A DNA stretch of 64,000 nucleotides from a virus. The first letter of the stretch is position 1; each line of letters begins with the position of its first letter. A model generated the notes under the pieces. The model saw nothing but the letters and a program-made list of their open reading frames with translations. It made no database searches and was not told where the DNA came from. Shown here piece after piece: positions 1-8,780 of the stretch. Where the stretch lies: positions 15,124 through 79,123 of IMG/VR virus record IMGVR_UViG_3300021964_010186; one strand, given 5' to 3'. The position numbers were made by a program, and so were the translations under genes.

Positions 1-1
1 C

Positions 2-142
2 TGTAATAGTTTTTTTGCCAACACCAAAGAAATCTCTGAATGGCTTAAGATTTATCCCCAGCATCTCAAAGCAATGAATCCAAATTTACCAACATTTAAC
101 GGAATTGCAAATCCTTATCACTTGGCAAAATTGAAAAAATAG
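2..142 (+). CDS. 3' end of an upstream gene (partial, hypothetical)
   Basis: Open frame from the window edge (CNSFFANTKEISEWLKIYPQHLKAMNPNLPTFNGIANPYHLAKLKK) ending TAG at 140-142; AT-rich. Confidence 0.55.
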   Translation, partial: CNSFFANTKEISEWLKIYPQHLKAMNPNLPTFNGIANPYHLAKLKK

Positions 143-150
143 TGTATAAT
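122..150 (+). promoter_or_regulatory. sigma70-type promoter, probably giving a leaderless mRNA
   Basis: TTGGCA (122-127), 17 nt spacer, TATAAT (145-150); ATG at 158 is 7 nt downstream with no SD. Confidence 0.6.
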
Positions 151-157
151 TAGATAT

Positions 158-490
158 ATGAAAGTTAAAAAAACAGCAAAGACAACTATAAAAAAGAAGA
201 ACACAAAAGATTCTAAAACTAAAAAGAGCGAGGAGCCGATTGTGAAAGTTTTGAATCTCAACGTCAATCCTGAGAATCCACGAAATGGTTTCTTTGAACT
301 GGACTGGAACGACGAGTTCGTGAACATGCTGAAGCAGTCAGGCTACCAAGGCCAGACTGACGAGGAGATCGTGGACAGATGGTTCCAGACACTGTGCAGG
401 ACCATAGGCAACGAACAGGGCATAGATGTCACCGGATCTGGCTATGTGCAGATCAACCGTAGGGACGATGGCAAGACAGAGGTGTCGTAA
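158..490 (+). CDS. conserved phage hypothetical protein
   Basis: 110 aa; Lys-rich N-terminus then GFFELDWN...DEEIVDRWF core; TAATG coupling to next gene. Confidence 0.75.
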   Translation: MKVKKTAKTTIKKKNTKDSKTKKSEEPIVKVLNLNVNPENPRNGFFELDWNDEFVNMLKQSGYQGQTDEEIVDRWFQTLCRTIGNEQGIDVTGSGYVQINRRDDGKTEVS

Positions 491-1473
491 TGGCACACAT
501 TCTAGTAGACACAGCAAACACATTCTTCAGAGCTAGACACGTGATCAGAGGAGACACCTCCGAGAAAGTGGGTATGGCCATACACATCATGATGAATTCA
601 ATCAAGAAGGCCTGGCAGGATTTCAATGGCACCCACGTGGTGTTTTGCCTGGAGGGCAGGAGTTGGAGGAAGGATCACTACGCACCCTATAAACGCAACC
701 GTAAAGAACTGGCTGACGCCATGACTGAGAAGGAGAAGGAAGAGAACGAGGTGTTCTGGGAGGTTTATGATGATTTCGTTGACTTCGTCAAGACCAAGAC
801 CAACTGCACGGTGCTACGCAACGAGAGGACGGAAGCGGACGACCTCATAGCAAGATGGATTGACAAACATCCAGACCAGGATCACGTGATCATCAGCACG
901 GACAAGGATCTAAATCAATTAGTGGCACCCAACGTCAAACAATACAATGGAGTGACTGAGACAACACTCACACACGAGGGCTGGTTCGACTCAAAGGGCA
1001 ACGCCGTCATAGACAAGAAATTAAAAGCACCAAAGCCTGCACCCGACACGGAATGGATCGTGTTCGAGAAGGCTATGAGGGGTGATCCGAGTGACAACAT
1101 CTTCAGTGCGTACCCAGGAGTGCGTACTAAGGGCACCAAGAACAAGATAGGATTACAAGAAGCATACGCAGACCGACACGAGAAGGGATACACATGGAAC
1201 AACCTTATGCTGAGCAAATGGGTGGATCATGAGGGCAAAGAACACAGGGTTTTAGAGGACTACGAGAGGAATAAGTTACTAGTGGACCTACACGCACAGC
1301 CGGAGGCAATCATAGAAGAACTGGACCAGACCATAGCACAGGCCAAGAGCGAGAACAAGAGCATAGATCAAGTCGGGATCAGATTCATGAGGTTCTGTGG
1401 CAAGTACGATTTAAATAGGATTAGTGAGCAGGCACAACTGTATGTTGAGCCATTTAACGCGAGGTTATCATGA
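490..1473 (+). CDS. rnh: T4 RNase H-like 5'-3' exonuclease (FEN/PIN fold)
   Basis: ILVDTAN, SWRKDHYAPYKRNR, EADDLIA, IISTDKDLNQL and GDPSDNI motifs of the 5'-nuclease family. Confidence 0.9.
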   Translation: MAHILVDTANTFFRARHVIRGDTSEKVGMAIHIMMNSIKKAWQDFNGTHVVFCLEGRSWRKDHYAPYKRNRKELADAMTEKEKEENEVFWEVYDDFVDFVKTKTNCTVLRNERTEADDLIARWIDKHPDQDHVIISTDKDLNQLVAPNVKQYNGVTETTLTHEGWFDSKGNAVIDKKLKAPKPAPDTEWIVFEKAMRGDPSDNIFSAYPGVRTKGTKNKIGLQEAYADRHEKGYTWNNLMLSKWVDHEGKEHRVLEDYERNKLLVDLHAQPEAIIEELDQTIAQAKSENKSIDQVGIRFMRFCGKYDLNRISEQAQLYVEPFNARLS

Positions 1474-2252
1474 ACATTGGATTCATAGGGTTGGGCGAAA
1501 TAGGTACCCATATAGCGACCAATTTGGTCAAAAATAAATTTAAAATTTCTGTTTATAATAGAACTGTTAGCAAAGCAAAAAAATTTGCAGTAAAATTTAG
1601 ATGCGATCACAAAGAATCAATAGAAACTCTTTGTAAGAATAAAAAAATAATTATATTGTGTTTAACAACTAACGCCGTTGTTGAGTCTGTCACAGATAAA
1701 ATAATAAAACATATCAACCCCGGAGCCATTATAATAGACCATAGCACTATCGATTATCAAGTTTCTAAAAAAATTTATAATAAAGCAAAGAAAAAGAAAA
1801 TTAATTTTCTTGATGCTCCAATAACAGGAGGAGTAATTGGTGCAAAACAAGGAAAATCAGTGATAATGATTGGTGGTGATAATTCTGCTTTTCAAAAAAC
1901 TAAAAAAATCATGCAGTCATATTCAAAAGTATTGGAATATATGGGTGGCTCTGGACAAGGACAACTCACTAAAATATCAAACCAAATTGTAGTGTTTAAC
2001 ATAACTCAAGGACTATTAGAGGGATTACATTTTGCCAATAGGTATAAAATTCAAAGAAACAAATTAGTAAAAGTGCTATTGAACGGTTCGGCGCATTCTT
2101 ATCAAATTGCAAAACATATTAAAGCGATTTTAAAAAAAACTTATGAAAAAAAGAAACATCATTCGGTTAAAGAAATAGGAATCACTTTAAAAAATGCGAA
2201 GAATAAAAAATTGCGATTGCCCTGTACGGAACAAATTGCTAAAATAATTTAA
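1470..2252 (+). CDS. NAD(P)-dependent beta-hydroxyacid dehydrogenase (3-hydroxyisobutyrate/tartronate semialdehyde reductase family)
   Basis: IGFIGLGxxG Rossmann motif, YNRT, DHST, FLDAPITGG and catalytic KxxNQ (GQLTKISNQ); very AT-rich relative to flanks. Confidence 0.88.
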   Translation: MNIGFIGLGEIGTHIATNLVKNKFKISVYNRTVSKAKKFAVKFRCDHKESIETLCKNKKIIILCLTTNAVVESVTDKIIKHINPGAIIIDHSTIDYQVSKKIYNKAKKKKINFLDAPITGGVIGAKQGKSVIMIGGDNSAFQKTKKIMQSYSKVLEYMGGSGQGQLTKISNQIVVFNITQGLLEGLHFANRYKIQRNKLVKVLLNGSAHSYQIAKHIKAILKKTYEKKKHHSVKEIGITLKNAKNKKLRLPCTEQIAKII

Positions 2253-2254
2253 AA

Positions 2255-2746
2255 ATGACAATAAATGCAAAAATATTAGTTAAAGATCGATTCTGGATCG
2301 TTGAAGAGAACGGAAAAAAATTAGGTACACTTCAAAAGCAAGAAAATAATGGATGGATCTTTCTAAGTAAAACAGATTCTAGACAGGTGTTCCACACGCA
2401 GGAGAGCTTGTTCACCAAATTTGGTGTAGACATTTTTGTCGAGTCAAACACTCCAAAACCAAATGATGAAATACAAACAGACAATTTCAAAGTGCATGAT
2501 TATCCGTGTAGCCAGTATCCTTATAATCCAATGTTTGACGTACAGAAGCAATTACCAGTCTACACGAAGACACCCAAGAGTAAGAGCCAGTTCTGTGCGG
2601 GTTACTACATCATATGTTTCGAGAAGGGCTGGCGCAAGGCCTACTGTCCAAAGATGATCACGCTGTCGAGATATGAGTACAAGGGACCAATGAAAACCAA
2701 GATAGAAATGCAACAGGTACTGAACAATGCCGTCAAACAATTCTAA
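2255..2746 (+). CDS. conserved phage hypothetical protein
   Basis: 163 aa ORF in operon context, with LPVYTK..KSKS..CAGYYII and CPKMITL..Y.YKGP blocks. Confidence 0.75.
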   Translation: MTINAKILVKDRFWIVEENGKKLGTLQKQENNGWIFLSKTDSRQVFHTQESLFTKFGVDIFVESNTPKPNDEIQTDNFKVHDYPCSQYPYNPMFDVQKQLPVYTKTPKSKSQFCAGYYIICFEKGWRKAYCPKMITLSRYEYKGPMKTKIEMQQVLNNAVKQF

Positions 2747-2981
2747 GATTCAAACTAGACCCATAGAGGACCTCATAGGTAGGATCAGAACCCTAAGACA
2801 AAAGGGCGAGAGACAGATCGTTATACCAGCCCGGGAGGCGGACCAATTGGCGGACAGTCTCGCCCAAGTGATGACAAGAATGGTTACCATACAGGAAGAG
2901 ATCATAGATGCACTAAAAATAGCCAGAGAGGCACAGACCATCAACATAGAGATGGACGGCGGCGAGTTCAATAAGAAATAG
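2727..2981 (+). CDS. hypothetical protein (helical, ends IEMDGGEF)
   Basis: 84 aa ORF overlapping the previous stop; phage-like codon usage. Confidence 0.7.
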   Translation: MPSNNSKIQTRPIEDLIGRIRTLRQKGERQIVIPAREADQLADSLAQVMTRMVTIQEEIIDALKIAREAQTINIEMDGGEFNKK

Positions 2982-2997
2982 TTCCCCAAATATCTGG

Positions 2998-3003
2998 TAA
3001 ATA
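2998..3003 (+). promoter_or_regulatory. putative late promoter TAAATA
   Basis: TAAATA in the intergenic gap upstream of ATG 3025; same motif precedes many structural genes. Confidence 0.5.
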
Positions 3004-3024
3004 TAGTTGCAGAGGTGTACAACT

Positions 3025-3312
3025 ATGAGCAGACCAAAACCCACAGTGTTATTACAACACAGTAACAAGACCACGTTCAAACTGGACGAAGTCCTGGCGG
3101 CCGAGGGCATCTGGGCGGTCTTCTACGATGGTAAACCCATCAACCTGAAATCGTCAAGTTTGGTGGCCAACTACCCAGGTCCCAAGTACAAGAAGGTCTC
3201 ATTCTCGAACCCCGGACACGCGGAGAACCTGGCCAAGAAGTTGAACGCACAACACAACACCGACAAGTTTGGCGTGTACCTACTTAAAACAGGCGAAAAG
3301 TTCAGCCGTTAA
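3025..3312 (+). CDS. conserved phage hypothetical protein
   Basis: Start moved to MSRPKP (ATG 3025, GAGGTG SD upstream); GPKYKKVSFSNPGHA motif. Confidence 0.75.
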   Translation: MSRPKPTVLLQHSNKTTFKLDEVLAAEGIWAVFYDGKPINLKSSSLVANYPGPKYKKVSFSNPGHAENLAKKLNAQHNTDKFGVYLLKTGEKFSR

Positions 3313-3322
3313 TATCCTTCAT

Positions 3323-3328
3323 TAAATA
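3323..3328 (+). promoter_or_regulatory. putative late promoter TAAATA
   Basis: TAAATA 5 nt before ATG 3334, no SD. Confidence 0.55.
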
Positions 3329-3333
3329 GCAGT

Positions 3334-3732
3334 ATGGATCGCAAGACAGCCTACACACGCACCTTTATGGAGTTATTAGAACAACCGGTTCATGATGAGA
3401 CCATCAAAAACAACTACTACGCATGGTGGCAGAACGTGAGGGAGAGTTACCAAGCCAGGAGTTTAAGACTCACCAAACAGGGTCTGGAGATGTTAGAAAA
3501 GTTGGACCTCAAAACCTACACCATCAAATTCCCAGCCAAGGTCATATTCACCCCACAGACCTACCTGTGGTTGGACGAATTCGTTGACTGTCCTTATTTC
3601 GTGGACAAGAAACAAATAATAGTCACAATGGAGAAAATGGCGCTACAATTGATGCTATTTGCTGGGGATATCACAAAATACGGGCTCGCAAGAGCAATGA
3701 GTAAGATAGACGAGCAGAAGGAAAATGAATAA
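3334..3732 (+). CDS. conserved phage hypothetical protein
   Basis: 132 aa; WWQNVR...SLRLT..G and LD....CPYF blocks. Confidence 0.75.
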   Translation: MDRKTAYTRTFMELLEQPVHDETIKNNYYAWWQNVRESYQARSLRLTKQGLEMLEKLDLKTYTIKFPAKVIFTPQTYLWLDEFVDCPYFVDKKQIIVTMEKMALQLMLFAGDITKYGLARAMSKIDEQKENE

Positions 3733-4849
3733 TACCTACTGTAACATAATCCAAAAAGGTCTGTCCGTGTCTCACCAAGGAGTAAGTTTGTGTGTTATAA
3801 ATCCTGACAAACACCAAATGAAGCCTTCGGAATTTTGGTACAGTGACCTGAGAGCCACGGAACTGGACAACATGTTTAAAGGTAAATCTGTGAAAGGCTG
3901 TGACATTTGCTACACGAACGAAAAGCACAATATTCCAAGTTCACGATCGTTCTACAACAACAACATCTATACCAACATTCCCAGCAAAGAGTTACCAACC
4001 ATAGTCGATCTAGATTTTTCAAACTTCTGCAATCTAAAATGTCTTATGTGTAGCCCTGTGAGAAGCTCAGAATGGGGCAAGGATCGAGGATACCCTAATA
4101 ATGGTATCAAAAGTATATCAATGGACCTCATCGATGACCTAGTATCGATCTCAGACAACATTGAACAAATGACCATACAGGGGGGAGAACCTTCTATCAT
4201 GAAGGAATATGAATACTATTTTGAACACCTAGATAGAAAAAATATACTGGGCAATATCAATCTACAAGTTATTACCAACGCTACTAATGTGAACACAAAG
4301 TTCTACAAACTGCTAGAAGGATTCAAATCAGTTAGATTGAGTGTGAGTGTTGATGCTTTTGGTAAGGCAAATAACTACATAAGATGGCCAAGTAATTTTG
4401 AACAGATTGAAAAGAATCTCGTCAAAATGAGAGAACTGCGGAACAATGTAAAAGTTGAGATATTAAACTCGCTTAATGTGTTATCTATGTTCAATTATCA
4501 CGATTTCCTATCTTGGTGTAAGAAAATGGAATCATTATACAGTGAAAAAAATAGGCCTTTCAGTGTTGTGCCCATGAAAGTGGTATTTCCTGTGCAGTGG
4601 AGTCCGTTCATAGCACCTAGAAGTCTTAAAGATAGGTTCACTAACGACGTTAAAAAGTTCATACAGAAGGATAGTCTTACACATAACTTCAACTTTAAAA
4701 CCGAGATAATGATGCTTATGAATAGGATACAAAAAACTGAGACAAATCAGCAGGCCATCGATCTCATGAAATCAAGTGTGAAAGCATTAGATACTAAAAG
4801 AAATACAAAAATTACTAACTATATCCCAGATTTCTACAAATACATCTAA
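3725..4849 (+). CDS. radical SAM protein with N-terminal twitch-like Cys domain
   Basis: CNLKCLMC (CxxxCxxC), GGEP, TNAT, SVDA, YIRWP; N-terminal YC...LC...GCDIC; AT-rich. Confidence 0.88.
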   Translation: MNNTYCNIIQKGLSVSHQGVSLCVINPDKHQMKPSEFWYSDLRATELDNMFKGKSVKGCDICYTNEKHNIPSSRSFYNNNIYTNIPSKELPTIVDLDFSNFCNLKCLMCSPVRSSEWGKDRGYPNNGIKSISMDLIDDLVSISDNIEQMTIQGGEPSIMKEYEYYFEHLDRKNILGNINLQVITNATNVNTKFYKLLEGFKSVRLSVSVDAFGKANNYIRWPSNFEQIEKNLVKMRELRNNVKVEILNSLNVLSMFNYHDFLSWCKKMESLYSEKNRPFSVVPMKVVFPVQWSPFIAPRSLKDRFTNDVKKFIQKDSLTHNFNFKTEIMMLMNRIQKTETNQQAIDLMKSSVKALDTKRNTKITNYIPDFYKYI

Positions 4850-4880
4850 AAAAACCAGTAAAACTGCGACTTCTGTGCGG

Positions 4881-4908
4881 TTGACCTATCGCATATTCCT
4901 GCTATAAT
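4881..4908 (+). promoter_or_regulatory. sigma70-type promoter
   Basis: TTGACC, 16 nt spacer, TATAAT; followed by AGGAG SD and ATG 4942. Confidence 0.65.
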
Positions 4909-4941
4909 GATATTATAAACATTTAAACAGGAGTGTACTAA

Positions 4942-6048
4942 ATGGTAAGAGCAAACAAAAACAAAGAGGCGGCGGTAGGTTCTCAGAACAGAACAGTATC
5001 ACCAAACGAGGCAAAATCAGCATTAACACATTGTATCAAACTACAGAGACCCATAATGATGTGGGGAGCACCGGGCATCGGTAAATCCGATATCGTGAAG
5101 CAGATCGCGGACGCGGAAGGCAGAGAAGTGATCGACATCAGACTTCCTTTATGGGAGCCCACAGACATCAAGGGTATCCCTTATTACAATTCAAAAGAAA
5201 ACAACATGGTGTGGGCAAGTCCGGCGGAACTGCCAACTGATCCCAAGTCAAACGCCATAGTGTTCTTGGACGAGTTGAACTCGGCGGCGCCGGCTGTACA
5301 GGCGGCGGCATATCAATTGATCCTAAACAGAAGGGTCGGACAGTATCACCTACCAGAAGGCGTTTCGATCGTGGCGGCGGGTAACAGAGACTCAGACAAG
5401 GGTGTCACTTACAGGATGCCGGCCCCATTGGCCAACAGATTCGTACACATCGAACTTAGGGTGGATTTCGAAGACTGGATGGAATGGGCCACAGGACAAC
5501 ACATACACGCAGATGTGGTAGGATACTGCACATTCGCCAAACAAGATTTATATGATTTCGATCCAAGAGGATCGAGCAGATCATTCGCAACTCCAAGATC
5601 ATGGAGTTTCGTAAGCCAACTTCTATCAGACAGCCTGCCAGAAAGTACGCTCACTGACCTCGTAGCAGGTTGCGTAGGAGAAGGACTGGCCGTTAAGTTT
5701 ATGAATCATCGTAAAATTAGCGGTCAGTTACCTAACCCATCTGATATATTGAGCGGTAAGGTCAGAGACCTTAAGACGAAGGAAATATCAGCGATGTACT
5801 CGCTGACGGTTTCGTTGTGCTATGAACTACAACAGGCACACGAGAAGAAAGACAAGACTTGGAATGAACAAGCGGACAGGTTCTTCAACTACATGATGGA
5901 CAACTTCGAGACGGAGTTGGTCGTGATGGGTGCGAAGATCGCCTTAACGAATTACAAACTTCCGTTCGATCCTAGCAAGTTGAAATCATTTGATAGGTTC
6001 CATAAGAAGTTTGGCAAGTACGTCATAACTGCTATGGAGTCTAAATAA
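4942..6048 (+). CDS. MoxR-family AAA+ ATPase
   Basis: Walker A GAPGIGKS, Walker B VFLDE, AAGNR sensor, PLANRF Arg finger, TPRSW. Confidence 0.9.
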   Translation: MVRANKNKEAAVGSQNRTVSPNEAKSALTHCIKLQRPIMMWGAPGIGKSDIVKQIADAEGREVIDIRLPLWEPTDIKGIPYYNSKENNMVWASPAELPTDPKSNAIVFLDELNSAAPAVQAAAYQLILNRRVGQYHLPEGVSIVAAGNRDSDKGVTYRMPAPLANRFVHIELRVDFEDWMEWATGQHIHADVVGYCTFAKQDLYDFDPRGSSRSFATPRSWSFVSQLLSDSLPESTLTDLVAGCVGEGLAVKFMNHRKISGQLPNPSDILSGKVRDLKTKEISAMYSLTVSLCYELQQAHEKKDKTWNEQADRFFNYMMDNFETELVVMGAKIALTNYKLPFDPSKLKSFDRFHKKFGKYVITAMESK

Positions 6049-7289
6049 TGGACTACAGAGAACAGAAGATAATTGACAAACTGGTCACTGCAAGGATCGC
6101 CTTACTACTGAAACATCCTTTCTTTGGCAACCTGGCAACAAGACTTAAACTTGTGAATGCCGATGACTGGTGTCCAACTGCGGGAACGGATGGCAGACAC
6201 TTCTTCTACAACACCAAGTTCATAGATTCACTGACACCCAAGGAGGCAGAGTTCCTGTTTGGACACGAGGTGCTACACAACGTATTCGAACACATGCTGG
6301 TGAGGATAGGTGACAGAGATCCAACACTCTGGAACATAGCGGCGGACTACGCGGTTAACCAGATCTTGAAGGACAGCAACATAGGTGAGATGCCAAAGGG
6401 CAAGAAAGGTGAGAACAAAGGATTCCAGGACGACAAGTACAAGGACTGGGCGAGCGAAAGGATATACGACGACCTCTACAAGACCGCCAAGAAGAACGGC
6501 AAGAAGTTCCTGGAGAAGTTGGGAGAACTGATGGACGATCACCAGGAATGGGGCAAAGGTGATGGTGACTCAAAGGACAAGGGCGAGAAGGGTGACAAAC
6601 AAGGTGGCAAGGGCAAACCGGTGTACACCAAGGAAGAACTAAAGAAGATCAGAGACGAGATAAAAGAAGCGATGGTGAGTGCCGCACAGAGCACGGGTGC
6701 CAGCAACCTACCAGGCGCACTACAGAGATTGGTCAGAGATCTCACAGAGCCCAAGATGGACTGGAGAGAGATACTACAACAACAGATAATGAGCACTATC
6801 AAGAGCGACTATACTTGGATGAGACCAAGCAGGAAATCATGGCACACATCCGCAATACTACCGGGACAGAACAACGACGAGATGATCGACATATGCTTGG
6901 CGCTTGATGCCAGCGGTTCGATCAGCAACGAACAGTGTAGGGAGTTCCTGACAGAGGTGAAAAACATAATGGACCAATACAAGGACTTCAGGATACATCT
7001 TTGGAGTTTTGACACGGAGGTTTTCAACCCCGTGGTGTTCACACCGGACAACGCGGACGAGTTGTTGGACTACAAACTGGGTTCAGGTGGTGGCACGGAA
7101 TTCGAGTGCAACTGGAGATACATGAAGGACCAGGGCATAGAGCCCAAGAAGTTCGTGATGTTCACGGACGGTTGGCCTTTCGATTCATGGGGCGACGAGG
7201 ACTACTGCGACACCATATTCTTAATCAACAATCCATACGAGAGGGACATAGAGGCCCCGTTTGGTATGACGGTACAGTACAATGATTGA
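6048..7289 (+). CDS. metallopeptidase-like domain plus vWA domain (MoxR partner)
   Basis: TAGTDG, HEVLH (HExxH), WNIAADYAVN; C-terminal vWA MIDAS DASGS, GGGTEF, FTDG. Confidence 0.88.
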   Translation: MDYREQKIIDKLVTARIALLLKHPFFGNLATRLKLVNADDWCPTAGTDGRHFFYNTKFIDSLTPKEAEFLFGHEVLHNVFEHMLVRIGDRDPTLWNIAADYAVNQILKDSNIGEMPKGKKGENKGFQDDKYKDWASERIYDDLYKTAKKNGKKFLEKLGELMDDHQEWGKGDGDSKDKGEKGDKQGGKGKPVYTKEELKKIRDEIKEAMVSAAQSTGASNLPGALQRLVRDLTEPKMDWREILQQQIMSTIKSDYTWMRPSRKSWHTSAILPGQNNDEMIDICLALDASGSISNEQCREFLTEVKNIMDQYKDFRIHLWSFDTEVFNPVVFTPDNADELLDYKLGSGGGTEFECNWRYMKDQGIEPKKFVMFTDGWPFDSWGDEDYCDTIFLINNPYERDIEAPFGMTVQYND

Positions 7290-7410
7290 CAAGAACCTTT
7301 TCCACATAATATGGGAGACCATCAAGGACTGGGTAGACAATCCATTCGTGATAGCGATCCTGATCATGTTGGCAACACTGGTAATATTCCAGATAGGAGT
7401 GGGATCATGA
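7282..7410 (+). CDS. small membrane protein, 42 aa (not in ORF track)
   Basis: MIDKNLFHIIWETIKDWVDNPFVIAILIMLATLVIFQIGVGS*; overlaps upstream stop and is ATGA-coupled to next gene; one hydrophobic helix. Confidence 0.65.
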   Translation: MIDKNLFHIIWETIKDWVDNPFVIAILIMLATLVIFQIGVGS

Positions 7411-7763
7411 TGTTGTTCCCAAACACGAATCCGTACTCGGGCAAACTCGAGAAAGTCAAGAACCTGAGGAACTGGATGATAGATGCGGCCACTATACTGT
7501 TCGACGACAGCAAGAATGACCTACGGGCACTGCCAAAGACCGTGAGACTACAGATACTACTGACCCTGAGCTTCCTTTGGAGCACCGCATTCACGATCTA
7601 TTTCTGGGGCATCAGAACGGACCTATGGTTGAGTTGGTTCCTGGGACACCTCGCGGTGATATTCGTGGCCTACTACACATTCAAACAGTTCCACAAGAAG
7701 CCATACACCATGCGGGCGGATAAGAACGAGCCGCCAATGTATGACGACGTCTGGGGAGCCTGA
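7407..7763 (+). CDS. two-TM membrane protein
   Basis: Start moved to 7407 (AGGAG SD at about 7395); two hydrophobic segments. Confidence 0.7.
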   Translation: MMLFPNTNPYSGKLEKVKNLRNWMIDAATILFDDSKNDLRALPKTVRLQILLTLSFLWSTAFTIYFWGIRTDLWLSWFLGHLAVIFVAYYTFKQFHKKPYTMRADKNEPPMYDDVWGA

Positions 7764-8143
7764 TGACCGAGAGACTGAAAGCATTCAAATTGATAGAGAA
7801 GTCAATGTTGGGCATCATAGCCCTGCTGACCATCCTGGCCACGGCACAGGAGATCAAGACGATATTCGACAATAGAGCGATAGGGCTCGCTGACCTTCTG
7901 TTGCTTTTCATCTACACAGAGGTGTTGGGCATGATAGGGGTGTTCTTCGTCAGCAACAGGATACCGATCACTTTGCCACTGTTCATAGCCATCACCGCGA
8001 TCGCGAGATTGATCATACTACAGGGCAAGAGCATGGACGCCAGCAGTCTATTGTACGAGGCGGGAGCGATATTGATACTGACTTTGGCCATCGTGGCCAT
8101 CAGGTACCGAGGCAAGCACATAGATGAAGATAAATCCCAATAA
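7763..8143 (+). CDS. psiE: phosphate-starvation-inducible PsiE-family membrane protein
   Basis: LADLLLLFIYTEVLGM...IPITLPLFIAITAIARLIIL pattern typical of PsiE; four TM segments. Confidence 0.8.
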   Translation: MTERLKAFKLIEKSMLGIIALLTILATAQEIKTIFDNRAIGLADLLLLFIYTEVLGMIGVFFVSNRIPITLPLFIAITAIARLIILQGKSMDASSLLYEAGAILILTLAIVAIRYRGKHIDEDKSQ

Positions 8144-8390
8144 CTTCTTCAAGAGAGAACTAGACATATTACCACCACACTTCGTGAACACCGTGGTCAA
8201 GGCACACGAGGGCGACGTGGAGAAGATGCGTAGATGGATCTACGAGCACTGCTCGGGCCGTTACTCAATTACCAAGGACGTGGTGTATGATGGGGAGAAT
8301 TCCAGATCGGTCACCGTGTTGGGTTTTGAGGAGCCCGGTGATCTCACACTGTTCGCACTCAGCGGCATCGCCCAAGAACATCAGAAATAA
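8124..8390 (+). CDS. conserved phage hypothetical protein
   Basis: 88 aa; PPHF, WIYEHCSGRY and GFEEP blocks. Confidence 0.7.
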   Translation: MKINPNNFFKRELDILPPHFVNTVVKAHEGDVEKMRRWIYEHCSGRYSITKDVVYDGENSRSVTVLGFEEPGDLTLFALSGIAQEHQK

Positions 8391-8393
8391 CCG

Positions 8394-8423
8394 TTGCACT
8401 CCATAATTAATTTATAGTATAAT
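8394..8423 (+). promoter_or_regulatory. sigma70-type promoter
   Basis: TTGCAC, 18 nt spacer, TATAAT; AGGAG SD before ATG 8465. Confidence 0.55.
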
Positions 8424-8464
8424 ATACGTATATTAATACCAATTGCAATTAGGAGAAATAACAA

Positions 8465-8779
8465 ATGGCAACAAAGACTAAGAACTTGAAGAAGCCAGCC
8501 AAGGCAACTGTTGAACCCAAAGCGGCCGCGCAACCGCAACAGGCACCAGCAGGCACACAGGCTCCACAACCGGATCCCACTGCACTGTCGATCGGCGACT
8601 TGAGGAACCTATCAACCATACTTGACGTGGCATCCACAAGGGGTGCGTTCAAGGCCAACGAGATGGCGGGCGTGGGTTTCCTATACAACAAACTACAGGC
8701 GTTCCTGGCCAAGGTGGCACCGGAGCAGAAACCTGAAGGAACAAAAGCGGAAGCACCAGCGACTGCGGAAGGAAAATAA
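8465..8779 (+). CDS. conserved phage hypothetical protein
   Basis: Strong SD; core LSIGDL...ILDVASTRGAFKANEM..VG.LYNKL flanked by low-complexity P/A/Q/K tails. Confidence 0.8.
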   Translation: MATKTKNLKKPAKATVEPKAAAQPQQAPAGTQAPQPDPTALSIGDLRNLSTILDVASTRGAFKANEMAGVGFLYNKLQAFLAKVAPEQKPEGTKAEAPATAEGK

Positions 8780-8780
8780 T

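Noticed and set aside
7311-7406. N-terminal extensions in the ORF track (also at 8622, 15870, 22563, 26712, 27412, 31396, 58789, 63664)
   Set aside because: Downstream ATGs have SD sequences, stop-start coupling or promoter geometry; the extensions overlap other genes or promoters.
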